Shown here piece after piece: positions 1 through 9,854 of a DNA stretch of 64,000 nt (position 1 is its first letter; every line of letters begins with the position of its first letter). The translations under genes and the position numbers were made by a program. The stretch comes from Methanobacteriota archaeon (lineage in GTDB: Archaea; Thermoplasmatota; E2; DHVEG-1): NCBI GenBank assembly GCA_963769885.1, contig CAVYNH010000004.1:288001-352000 (forward strand), given 5' to 3'. Under the pieces are notes generated by a model that saw only the letters and a list, made by a program, of their open reading frames with translations, ran no database searches and was not told the DNA's origin.

Positions 1-2
1 CG

Positions 3-218
3 CGGGATCGGGAGGCCGCGGCCGCGATCGCGTTGTTGAACGGGGGGCGGGTGGCGTCGCGGTTGCCGCTGGAGCCGACGCGGGGCGCGATTCGGAACGT
101 GCAGCGGCACAGCCGGCAGCTGACGGACGGGCGGTTCACGATCTCGGAGGAGGTGGCGCTGCGGGTGCTGCGCGGCGAGCTGAGCCTCTCGGAGGCCGTT
201 GAAGGCGTCCATGGATAA
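3..218 (+). CDS. 3' end of a hypothetical protein (5' end outside window)
   Basis: Frame is open from base 3 (RDREAAAAIALLNGG...) to TAA at 216-218, with GC3-rich codons. Confidence 0.6.
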   Translation, partial: RDREAAAAIALLNGGRVASRLPLEPTRGAIRNVQRHSRQLTDGRFTISEEVALRVLRGELSLSEAVEGVHG

Positions 219-318
219 TAATTATCTCGTCTCTTTTCAGGAACGTGAAATCTAGAAGGTATCCTTATCATAAAATTTATATAAATGATATGTATTAGCA
301 TCACACGGAGGACGTGAT

Positions 319-939
319 ATGAAGAAAATTCTTGGAATCCTTGTTTGTATGCTGTTGATGACCACGCTTTTCCCAATCTCAGCTATGGCTGGAGACATGG
401 AACACCCTGAAATATCGGACGCTATGGGAGACGGGATATTGAGCGTTGATATCCAAAAAGCCTGGTTCTCTGAGAACCCATCGACTCCGGATTATCTCTA
501 TGTTACGATTCAGCTTGCGGCCCTCGAGCCATTTTATCGAGGGACTCTCCTGAATGACGTCTTCTGGACCATGAATGGTGAAAAATATTATGTTGCCGGT
601 TGTCTCGGACGATATTTGGCCGGCGTCATCCATCGGTTGTATATAGATGTGGGTCTTGTACATCAGTATCAAGGGACTGAGATTAACGGTTTTCTGGATT
701 TAACAAATCAAACGATCACCTGTATTATTCCGAAGTTACTCATCGGCAACCCGCACCCTGGCTATATCCTCACGAGGACCTTCGCCTGGTCATCGCAGCG
801 CACCCCGTTCATGGAAAAGTTGGGGTGGGACGCCATGGTGAGGAGTTTGTTCTTTCAGAGGTTTGGATTAAGTAAGCTCAGCTGGATCGACCAGGCACCG
901 GACAGCGGATACGGAAACGATTACACCATTCTCTACTAA
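319..939 (+). CDS. Secreted hypothetical protein
   Basis: Signal peptide MKKILGILVCMLLMTT; GGAGG SD and an AT-rich TATA-like element upstream. Confidence 0.8.
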   Translation: MKKILGILVCMLLMTTLFPISAMAGDMEHPEISDAMGDGILSVDIQKAWFSENPSTPDYLYVTIQLAALEPFYRGTLLNDVFWTMNGEKYYVAGCLGRYLAGVIHRLYIDVGLVHQYQGTEINGFLDLTNQTITCIIPKLLIGNPHPGYILTRTFAWSSQRTPFMEKLGWDAMVRSLFFQRFGLSKLSWIDQAPDSGYGNDYTILY

Positions 940-1084
940 GAACACAGTGCAGCGCAGCACCCTTTCTTTTTTTTCTTTCATCTTCTCTCCTCTTTGTACT
1001 GCCTAAACCGAAGTCCGGTCTGTACGACGACAGTCTTTCTTCTGCACCCTTCCGATGAGTGTGAAAGTAACGGTTTCCCGCCAT
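878..1084 (-). CDS. Small basic protein with RYFHTHRK motif (3' end uncertain)
   Basis: Shares the RYFHT(H/Q)RK motif with ORF 19568-19741, with mostly synonymous codon differences; overlaps the 3' end of 319-939. Confidence 0.45.
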   Translation of the reverse strand: MAGNRYFHTHRKGAEERLSSYRPDFGLGSTKRREDERKKRKGAALHCVLSREWCNRFRIRCPVPGRSS

Positions 1085-1172
1085 AAGTACGATTGGATTT
1101 GCCTCATTTGTACGATTTGTCAGTAGAGTAAATATTTTGTTGAGGCAGGGAGAATGGAGGGGTGGGCGGGCG

Positions 1173-2198
1173 CTATGTCTCAGTGGTAAACGTAAATACT
1201 TTGGTCGTAGTATCTTTACCGTCGGTGACTTGGACGGTCCAGGTGTAGAGGGTGGCGCTTTGCAGACTGCTGATGGGCACGTTGTAGGTGCCGTCTTTGA
1301 GCTGGTTGCCGTTCCCGCCGCCGATGTCGGGGTTGGTGACGACGCTGTAGCTCATCAGGTCGCCGTCGAAGTCTTGGATCGCAAATTGGAGCTGGGTGGT
1401 GTTCATAGGGACTTGCGTGGCGCCGTCCAGGGGGTAGACGGCTTCGATTTCTGGGGCGTTGTTCGGGTTCCATTGGACGATGTTCTTGGCGGCGACCTGG
1501 GTGAAGGCCGCGTAGCCGAACAGGGCGTAACCGGAGATCGGTGGCAGGAAGATGCTGAAGCCGATACCCCAGAATCCGAGGGAGAATCCGTGTTGTTTCC
1601 CGGTGGCGATGAACCCGGTGTGGGAGAGGAGGCCGCCGATGGAGGCGACTCCGACTTGGGTTTTCCAGAAGATGAAGATCCGCGGGACGGGGAGTTCGAT
1701 GAGGGGGAGGTACCTTGGTAGGATGATGAGGGGAAGGACGCCTCCGGTTCCCGTTGTGGCCATGTTGCAGACGAACTCATGGTCTCTATCTTGGCCGAAG
1801 AGCGTCGGCTGGGGCATATTGACGAGGCGTTCGCGGTAGTGTTGCAGCTGGGTGTGGACGTCGGCTGCGGTGAGGCCGTCTGGGAGGATGCCGTCTGCCT
1901 CCGCGTCGTAGAGAATCTGCTGCTGTACCGCTTGTGTTGCGGTGGATTGGGGACCGGCTGCGATGGCGTCTGCTAGCTTGGTGAAGAGCTCATGGAAGTG
2001 CTGTGCCTTCTCAACGGTGATGGTGGTGGTGTGCTGTCGTCCTGCGAAATAGCAGGTGATTGTCGCGGCTCCGTCTGTGGCTGGTTTCGTGGTTTGGATG
2101 GTTTGCTTTGTGAGTGAAGCAGCTGGCACTGAGGAGCTTACGAGTACGAGCGCCAGCGCTATGACTGAAACGAGAACCTTGTAGTTCATATGGTTCAT
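1173..2198 (-). CDS. Secreted protein: conserved N-terminal domain plus one Ig/FN3-like module
   Basis: Signal peptide; NNAP...YTWTVQVTDG Ig-like module; paralog of 2427-4245. Confidence 0.85.
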   Translation of the reverse strand: MNHMNYKVLVSVIALALVLVSSSVPAASLTKQTIQTTKPATDGAATITCYFAGRQHTTTITVEKAQHFHELFTKLADAIAAGPQSTATQAVQQQILYDAEADGILPDGLTAADVHTQLQHYRERLVNMPQPTLFGQDRDHEFVCNMATTGTGGVLPLIILPRYLPLIELPVPRIFIFWKTQVGVASIGGLLSHTGFIATGKQHGFSLGFWGIGFSIFLPPISGYALFGYAAFTQVAAKNIVQWNPNNAPEIEAVYPLDGATQVPMNTTQLQFAIQDFDGDLMSYSVVTNPDIGGGNGNQLKDGTYNVPISSLQSATLYTWTVQVTDGKDTTTKVFTFTTET

Positions 2199-2426
2199 CC
2201 TTCCTTTAACCCCAAGTTAGCGAATTACCTTTACGTATTTTAAATTATCTCAAAGCAGAAAATCAATAATACCAAGAGAAAAACAAAAAAATATCCTTAT
2301 AATGAGAACTTACTCGACTTTCCTTGTATCCTCCTCATTATTTTTACAATAATGGCGTTTTACTAGATGTTCCTGTCAAGGGGAAAGCTGATTAATTTTT
2401 GTGGATGAAATCCCGTTTCGCCTCAG

Positions 2427-4245
2427 TCAATCATATTGGATGTGCAGGATCGGCGGGTTGTTCGGATCTTGTCGTGACCGGAAGTACGTACACACGTTTT
2501 CTCCACTCGTGTCCGCGAGGCGCCAGCCGTAGTTCGGTGTGCCGTGGTAGAAGCTGATGATGTCGCTTGTGACGTCCACAGTCATCCACAATCCAGGCTG
2601 AGATGGGATGTGTCCTGTTGCGCTGGATTGAGGGACATAGGATGGCTGGTTGTTCCATGTCGAAGTGTTTTCGTCCCAGGGGCTCGTGATCCTGTAGAAG
2701 TTAACCGGGTTTCCGGCCGGGTTTCCGTCAACACTCTTCCAGTAGTAGATATCCATGGTGGCGGAGCTGATGGTGATATTCGGTGGGAGCATGCTGAGGT
2801 CGTATTGAAGGAGGATGTCCCATTCCCACCCAGAGAGGCTTCGGACGACGATGTGATCGAGGGGGCCGCAGTTCCAATCGGGGTGGTTCTCCTCGAGGGT
2901 GTTGTCTTGGATTGGATTGATGTGGAATTCGTGTTCGGCAGTGGTCTGGAAGGTATAGACCTGATGGCTGGAGTGGGTGCCGTCTGAGGCGTTGACGTAC
3001 CATGTGGTACTGAGTCGAATACTGTAAATTGGAGACCGGGATGCTGAATCGGCCGTTATGCTGGTTGGTCTGGCTGCCGTGGCCGATGTCAGGGGAGGTT
3101 TCGACGGTGTAGCTGATGGGGTCGTTTTGGTAGTCGGTGAGGGTGAAGCTGAGGTTGCCGAGGGTGATGGGGATGTACTTTGCATGGTCTATTGGCTTGG
3201 GGTCTGTGATGGCGGGGGCGAGCATTTCGGTCGTGAAGCTGTAGGTTCCGATGGTGGTGTCTTTTCCATCGGAGACTTGGACGGTCCAGGTGTATGTAGT
3301 CGAGCTTTGGAGGTTTGTGATGGGGACCGTGTAGGTCCCATCGCGTTTCATGTTCCCGTTGCCGCCGCCGACGTCCGGGGTGGTGGTGACGCTGTAGCTC
3401 ATGAAGTCGCTGTCATCGTCCTTGATGTGGAACTGGAGTTCGTTCGTGTTCGTGGAGACATGGGTCGCGCCGTCGAGGGGGAAGACCGCAGAGACTTCTG
3501 GTGGGTTGTTAGGCGGCCATTGTTCAATGTAATCTGCGGTGACTTTGGTGTAGGCTGCGTACCCGATGAGGCCGTAGCCGCTGAGCGGCGGGAGGAAGAT
3601 GCTGAAGCCGATGCCCCAGAAGCCGAGGGCGATGCCTTGCTGGCTTCCTTCGGCGATGAACCCGGTCCGGGAGACAAGGCCGCCGACTGAGGTGATCCCG
3701 TATGAGGTCTTCCATCCGACGAACAGGCGGGGGATCGGGAGTTGGATAATAGGGATGAGCCTGGGGAGGATGATGATGGGGAAGGCGCTGCCTGTCCCAG
3801 AGGTGGCGAAGTTGCAGAGGAACTCTCGGTCGGTCGTCCCATAGGGGAGAGGCGAGGCGTGGGTTGCAGTATGGGCGGCGAGGCGTTCACCGTACTGCCG
3901 GATTATGGTGTGAGCCTCGGTCGCGGTCATGCCCTTGGGGAGGAGGCCGAATGCCTCCGCCTTGGCAAGAATCTGTTGTTGGAGGGCTCGGGTTTCGGTA
4001 GATTGGGGATCGTCTCCGGTCGCCTGGGTGAGTGCAGTAAGGAGCGTCTGGAAGTCTTGAGCGGCCTGTCTGGTCACGGTCACGGTTTGCGGTTTACCGC
4101 CGAAGTAGCAGGTGATTCTCGCTGCCTCGTTTTTCTCCTGCTCCGTAGTGGTTGAGGCGTGGTGTGACAGCAAGGATGCCGGTACAGTAGAGCTAACCAG
4201 CATGAAGGTGAGAACTGCGAGTGAGAAAAGTATCTTGTTTTTCAT
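2427..4245 (-). pseudogene. Secreted Ig-like plus DNRLRE/CBM96-like domain protein, +1 frameshift at ~3006
   Basis: The 505-aa ORF reads NLQYSTQY and continues as TWYVNASDG in another frame. The C-terminal part has ILLQYDLS, ITSPWDENTSTWNNQP and NYGW motifs. Confidence 0.8.
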
Positions 4246-4377
4246 AAGTCCGTCCTTCCTTTACCCCGTGTATTAGAATTTCCTTCCCATATATTAAGTT
4301 TATTCTAGGCAGAAAATTAATTGAATAGGCTGTGATAAAGGAAGAAAATCTCCTTAAAATCGTTGTGAAAGGGGTTA

Positions 4378-4668
4378 TTATTCGATTATTTTCTTTGGGT
4401 AGCGGCCGGGGGAGATCGGGCCTTTCTTCCGTCCGTCTTCCCTGATGACGTTGTTGATGCCGTAGGGGTGGTTCTTCAGGGCGTTGTGCAGGTTGACGTG
4501 GCAGGCTGGGCAGACCCTGATCGCGATGTTCTTCTGGTAGTCGATGTGGTGCAGACACAGGCGGCGGTCCTCCAGGGATGGTCTCTCACTGGATTTCGCC
4601 CGTGCTGGCGGGACGTCCTCCCTTGGAACAAGTTCGATGCCGCAGACCTTGCAGTGGTACGGTTTCAC
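4378..4668 (-). CDS. Small HNH-type zinc-binding nuclease-like protein
   Basis: CxxC ... LHHIDY ... N ... VCxxCHxxLH pattern. Confidence 0.7.
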   Translation of the reverse strand: MKPYHCKVCGIELVPREDVPPARAKSSERPSLEDRRLCLHHIDYQKNIAIRVCPACHVNLHNALKNHPYGINNVIREDGRKKGPISPGRYPKKIIE

Positions 4669-4727
4669 TGGTCTTTCCTATCAGAAATGAGGCTGATAAA
4701 CCTATGTTTTGAAAAATCTTTTTTTCA

Positions 4728-5954
4728 CTAGGCGTGGAGGAACAAGGATGTCTTGAGGATGAGGAAGACTTCGTTTTCGGTATAAATGTTTATTGGAAGC
4801 AAGGCCTGGCTCCTGCTGTACAGGAGGTATGGCCAGTACCCCGGCTTCGAGACGGTTATCAAGTAATGCCACGTGTGCTGGGTAGAACCTGCCAGCGTGA
4901 CGTCACATAGACCGGCGGTGTTGGTATAGCCGGACCCGGCGGCAGGGTCGCGGAGAAGGCGGGGAAGAAGGTCGAGTAAAAAGACATGGACTCTTGCCCC
5001 TTCGAGGGGCGCGGACCAGTTGCTATTGGGGTCTGTGGCCCATACGGTGACATGGACGATGACCGTCGGCGCTTCTGGCGTGTCGTCGGATGCCGAGAGC
5101 CCAGCGTAGTTATAGGCGATTGCCTCGACCGTTATATTTTCGTTCAATGAGTCGATCCATTCGAACGGTGCCTCGGTATCAGTATAGCAATGTCCTCCCA
5201 TCAAGTGAAATTCGACATAGTTTACCCCGCTTTCGCGATCCACAGCTTTGGCCACAAACACGAGATTATTTACTATCTTTTCCCTGAAGAGTGTGATCTC
5301 CGGCGGCGTCTGGTCAAACTTTAAAGATATAGGTTTTCCATAAACCTTGTTCCCCACATTATCTTTGCAATAGGTCTCGAAAGACGGATGATACTGACTG
5401 ATATTGAAGGGACCAGTGTATGGCTGCCACTCATGGTTGGGAGAGTACCGCCACCAAAGCTCCTTGACGCCAGATCCAGGCGTGGTGCTCCCCGCAAGGA
5501 TAGGGTCAACAGCTGTCAGCGTGACAGTGACGTTGCTGATGTACCATCCATGTTGCCCGTTCGGCCAAGGAGGATCGCTCGCCGAGACTATAGGAGGCGT
5601 TCCATCAATCTTGACTTCTACCTGTTTCACATCCTCAATGTTCCCAGCGTTGTCCACCGAATAAAACTGGACCACCGTAACTCCTTCGATTACGAACACG
5701 ATGCCCTCTGAATAAACCTGCCAGCTGCCATTATTACACCGGAAGTAAGTAACGTTCACCCCGGACTCATTGTCCGTCGCATTCAACGTCATTGTGACCC
5801 CCGGCTGCCAGAACCCATTCCACCCCTGCGGATTAAAAACGGCGACCGTCACAGGAGGCGTCATGTCATCGCGGGATGACATTGACCCTCCACACACTAG
5901 CATCACCATGCAGAGACAGAAAAAAATCCCGACTGTTTTCCTCCACATTAACAT
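4728..5954 (-). CDS. Secreted protein with repeated Ig-like (OmpL47-type) modules
   Basis: Signal peptide; repeated DxTPP, DNESGV and DNAGN motifs. Confidence 0.8.
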   Translation of the reverse strand: MLMWRKTVGIFFCLCMVMLVCGGSMSSRDDMTPPVTVAVFNPQGWNGFWQPGVTMTLNATDNESGVNVTYFRCNNGSWQVYSEGIVFVIEGVTVVQFYSVDNAGNIEDVKQVEVKIDGTPPIVSASDPPWPNGQHGWYISNVTVTLTAVDPILAGSTTPGSGVKELWWRYSPNHEWQPYTGPFNISQYHPSFETYCKDNVGNKVYGKPISLKFDQTPPEITLFREKIVNNLVFVAKAVDRESGVNYVEFHLMGGHCYTDTEAPFEWIDSLNENITVEAIAYNYAGLSASDDTPEAPTVIVHVTVWATDPNSNWSAPLEGARVHVFLLDLLPRLLRDPAAGSGYTNTAGLCDVTLAGSTQHTWHYLITVSKPGYWPYLLYSRSQALLPINIYTENEVFLILKTSLFLHA

Positions 5955-6134
5955 CTTCCCTCAAATAATAAAGGATGAACACATTAATTAATCTATTCAA
6001 ACGAACAAATTTCTTCTTATAAAAAGGCGAAGAGCTAAACTCTCATCCCTCAATATACTCCAACCTAGTTCCTCGCCCTCCGCTGTCACCCAAACGTTTA
6101 TGAGCCTCTTATCAATGCTCCCTGGGTAAGAGTA

Positions 6135-7685
6135 ATGGATCAGCGATTCGCACTCCTCAGCGTTTTTGATAAAACCAGTATTACCGACCTCGCCAGCGCC
6201 TTCGCCGCCGCCGACATCAGGATCCTCTCCACCGGCGGCACCGCCAAGGCCCTCAAGGCCGCCCGCATCCCCTACACCGAGGTCTCCGACTACACCGGCT
6301 TCCCCGAGATGCTCGACGGCCGCGTCAAAACCCTCCACCCCAAGATCCACGCCGGCATCCTCGCCCAACGACACAACAAAGACCACACCGCCACCCTCAC
6401 CAAACACGAAATCACCCTCATCGACTACGTCGTCTGCAACCTCTACCCCTTCGAAACCACCATCCAAAAACCCCACGTCACCATCGAAGACGCCATCGAG
6501 AACATCGACATCGGCGGCCCCAGCCTCCTTCGCGCCGCCGCCAAGAACTACCCCGGCGTCGTCGTCCTCACCTCACCAGCCCAATACCCAGACGTCATCA
6601 CCGCCCTGAAAACCAAGACCCCCATCACCCTCGAGCAGCGCCAGCAGTACGCCATCGCCGCCTACGCCCACACCGCCCAATACGACACCCTCATCACCAC
6701 CTACCTCCGCACCACATGGGCACCCGACCCTTACCCCACCGACCTCACCCTCACCTTCAGAAAAAAACAAGCCATGCGCTACGGCGAAAACCCACACCAA
6801 CACGCAGCCTTCTACCACACCCTCCCACCACCAACCGAGCCCTGCATCACCACCACCACCCAACTCCACGGCAAAGAACTCTCCTACAACAACATCCTCG
6901 ACAGCAACACCGCCATCGAAACCCTCAAAGAATTCACCGCCCCCACCTGCGTCATCGTCAAACACGCCACCCCCTGCGGCATCGCCACCGCCCTCACCCC
7001 CCTCCAAGCTTGGAAAGACGCGTACGCCACCGACGTCTACAGCCCCTACGGCGGCATCGTCGCCTTCAACCGCCAACTCGACGCCGACACCGCCACCGAA
7101 CTTGGCCAGTACTTCCTCGAAGTCATCATCGCCCCCGACTACACCCCTCAAGCCCAAACCATCCTTGAACAAAAAAAGAACCTCAGACTCCTCACCCTCC
7201 CCGGCCTCGACAAAGAAATCACACGCGGCGGCACCGAATACCGTAGCGTCGTCGGCGGCCTCCTCACCCAAGACCGCGACACCACCTTCACCCCCCCAGA
7301 CACCTGGAAAACCGTCACCACCACACACCCAACACAAGCCCAACTCGACAGCATGGCCTTCGCCGCCCGCTGCGTCAAACACATCAAATCCAACAGCGTC
7401 GTCTTCGTCACCGGCACCCAAACCGTCGGCATCGGCGGCGGACAGACCAGCAGAGTCGACGCCGTCTGGATCGCCACCCACAAAGGCCAAGACCGCATCC
7501 GCGGCAGCACCATGGCCTCCGACGCCTTCTTCCCCTTCAGAGACGCCGTCGACGTCGCCGCCCAAGCCGGCGTCGCCGCCATCCTCCAACCCGGCGGCAG
7601 CATCCGCGACGACGAAGTCATCCAAGCCGCCAACGAACACCACATCCCCATGGTCTTCACCGGCCAACGCTACTTCCGCCACTAA
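6135..7685 (+). CDS. purH: Bifunctional AICAR transformylase / IMP cyclohydrolase
   Basis: SVFDKT, GRVKTLHP, IDIGGP, RYGENPHQ, SDAFFPF, QPGGS motifs and RYFRH C-terminus. Confidence 0.97.
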   Translation: MDQRFALLSVFDKTSITDLASAFAAADIRILSTGGTAKALKAARIPYTEVSDYTGFPEMLDGRVKTLHPKIHAGILAQRHNKDHTATLTKHEITLIDYVVCNLYPFETTIQKPHVTIEDAIENIDIGGPSLLRAAAKNYPGVVVLTSPAQYPDVITALKTKTPITLEQRQQYAIAAYAHTAQYDTLITTYLRTTWAPDPYPTDLTLTFRKKQAMRYGENPHQHAAFYHTLPPPTEPCITTTTQLHGKELSYNNILDSNTAIETLKEFTAPTCVIVKHATPCGIATALTPLQAWKDAYATDVYSPYGGIVAFNRQLDADTATELGQYFLEVIIAPDYTPQAQTILEQKKNLRLLTLPGLDKEITRGGTEYRSVVGGLLTQDRDTTFTPPDTWKTVTTTHPTQAQLDSMAFAARCVKHIKSNSVVFVTGTQTVGIGGGQTSRVDAVWIATHKGQDRIRGSTMASDAFFPFRDAVDVAAQAGVAAILQPGGSIRDDEVIQAANEHHIPMVFTGQRYFRH

Positions 7686-7713
7686 AAACAAAAACCAAAC
7701 AAAACGGACACCC

Positions 7714-9486
7714 ATGCACCTCACCATCAAAGCCCGCGACGGACCCGCCCGCACCGGCATCCTCACCATCCACGACACCACCATCCACACCCCCTCCATC
7801 CTCACCCTCACCCCCACCACCATCCCCAACACCATCCACCTCACCACCATCCCCACCACCCTCTTCTCCCCACACCCCAAACCCACCAGCTACCTCCTCT
7901 ACCCCAACAACCTCCCACTCCCCTTCCAAAAAGAGACACTCACCTCCTCACAAAAAACCCCAGACCTCCACCTCATCCCCCCGACCCCAGAACTCCTCAC
8001 TAACCTCACCACCACCCCCGGCACCTTCTACACCGTCACCAACGCCGCCCAACTCTACCACCACCAAACCGCCTTCGTCGCCTTCATCACCACCCTCCGC
8101 CAGACCCTCGCCCCCGAAAGCCTCCTCTACCTCCCCGCCATCGCCACCCCCACCACCCTCGCCATCCTCACCTACCTCGGCGCCGACCTCACCGACACCA
8201 CCCAAGCCCACCTCGCCGCCCACCACCACACCCTCCTCTTCCCCACCGGCCCCATCCCCCAAACCGACCTCACCGAACTCCCCTGCCACTGCCCAACCTG
8301 CACCACTATCAAAGACCCAACAACCATGACCTGCTCCGACATCCTCACCCACAACATCCACGCCCTCACCACCGAAGCCCAACACATCCGCACCGCCATC
8401 ACCCGCGGCACCCTCCGCGAACACGTCGAAACCCGCGTCCGCGCCGACCCACACGCCACCGCACTCCTCCGACTCCTCGACCACAACCACCCCGCCTACC
8501 TCGAAGAAGCCACCCCCCTCACCAGACGCTACCCCCTCCTCGCCACCACCCGCGAAGCCCTCACCCGCCCCGAAGTCCGCCGCTACCAACACCGCGTCCT
8601 CTACCGCTACCACAAACCACCAACCGCCCACATCCTCCTCCTGCTCCCCTGTGCCGCCCACAAACCATACTCCGAATCCAAAAGCCACACCCTCTTCCGA
8701 GCCGCCCTGCTCGCCAGCCCCAACCCCTGGGCAGTGCACGAACTCATCGTCACCTCCCCCCTCGGCCTCGTCCCTCGCGAACTCGAGATCGTCCCCCCAG
8801 CCTCCTGCTACGACATCGCGGTCACCGGCCACTGGGACGACGACGAGAAGACCATGATCACCCGACTCCTCCGCCACTACCTCGCAGCCAACCGATACGA
8901 CCAGATCATCAGCCACCTCGGCCCCCACCTCCATGCCATTGTCGAAGCCTTGATCCCTGGCGCGACGGTGACCTGCGTAGACATCCCAACCTCGGACGCA
9001 TCACTCGACCGTCTCAAACAGGAGCTCGGTGTCCGCACCGCTCAGTACCCCCGGGTCAGCCCAGCCCAGCATGCCTGCGAAGAAGTCAGCGCCGTCGCCG
9101 CCTACCAGTTCGGCCCAGCCATCGCCGCCGCCCTCATGAAAGACAGCGCCGTCCGCGGTCGCTACCCGTACCGCAAGATCCTCAAGAGCAACAAGCAGCT
9201 CGGCATGATCACCGACCGAGGCCTCATCTCCTTGACGTTTGGCGGTGCGCAGGCCTGCGCCGCCGAATCTGGGTACTCCGTCACCATCGCGGACGACTTC
9301 CGCCTAATCGGCTCCGTGTTCGCTCCCGGCATCATCCAGGCCGACCCAGGAATCCGCATCGGGGACGACGTCTGGGTGAGACAAAACAACATGGTCCGCG
9401 GCGTCGGCGTCGCGACCATGAGCGGACCGGAGATGAACCGCGCACGGCACGGGGAGGCGATACGAATCCGCCATCGCCATACCTGA
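7714..9486 (+). CDS. arcS: Archaeosine synthase subunit alpha (TGT-like plus PUA domain)
   Basis: ARDGPARTG start, CxCxxC Zn site, LLPCAAHKPYSESKSH, TSPLGLVPRELE, C-terminal PUA domain. Confidence 0.9.
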   Translation: MHLTIKARDGPARTGILTIHDTTIHTPSILTLTPTTIPNTIHLTTIPTTLFSPHPKPTSYLLYPNNLPLPFQKETLTSSQKTPDLHLIPPTPELLTNLTTTPGTFYTVTNAAQLYHHQTAFVAFITTLRQTLAPESLLYLPAIATPTTLAILTYLGADLTDTTQAHLAAHHHTLLFPTGPIPQTDLTELPCHCPTCTTIKDPTTMTCSDILTHNIHALTTEAQHIRTAITRGTLREHVETRVRADPHATALLRLLDHNHPAYLEEATPLTRRYPLLATTREALTRPEVRRYQHRVLYRYHKPPTAHILLLLPCAAHKPYSESKSHTLFRAALLASPNPWAVHELIVTSPLGLVPRELEIVPPASCYDIAVTGHWDDDEKTMITRLLRHYLAANRYDQIISHLGPHLHAIVEALIPGATVTCVDIPTSDASLDRLKQELGVRTAQYPRVSPAQHACEEVSAVAAYQFGPAIAAALMKDSAVRGRYPYRKILKSNKQLGMITDRGLISLTFGGAQACAAESGYSVTIADDFRLIGSVFAPGIIQADPGIRIGDDVWVRQNNMVRGVGVATMSGPEMNRARHGEAIRIRHRHT

Positions 9487-9508
9487 GCTAAAAAAAGAAA
9501 ACGGTCCC

Positions 9509-9850
9509 TTATTTTCTTGCAGCGACCGTAATCGTGCCCATGTACCCGCACTGGGGGCAGGTATGAGTAAACGAGGTCGGCTTCTTGGTGCGGACCGAGA
9601 GGGAGAACGTCTTCTTACAGGAAGGGCAACGATACAGATGCACGGCAGAGGCAGGGGCTTTGTCAGTCGGAGACTTCGCAGTCTTCCGCACCCCAAGCAG
9701 CATCCATACAAGCGGGATGAGCAGGACAACGTCGACGAAGAGAACCTGCAGCATCCACCCGTTCTCATTGACCATATCATACATTGCGACGATCAGCGTC
9801 ACCAGACCCAGGGGGATGACGCAAACCGCGATGAGGACGCGTCGGTTCAT
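9509..9850 (-). CDS. Small membrane protein with C-terminal zinc ribbon
   Basis: Two hydrophobic segments, then CPSC...CPQCG; GGAGG SD upstream. Confidence 0.75.
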   Translation of the reverse strand: MNRRVLIAVCVIPLGLVTLIVAMYDMVNENGWMLQVLFVDVVLLIPLVWMLLGVRKTAKSPTDKAPASAVHLYRCPSCKKTFSLSVRTKKPTSFTHTCPQCGYMGTITVAARK

Positions 9851-9854
9851 GAGG

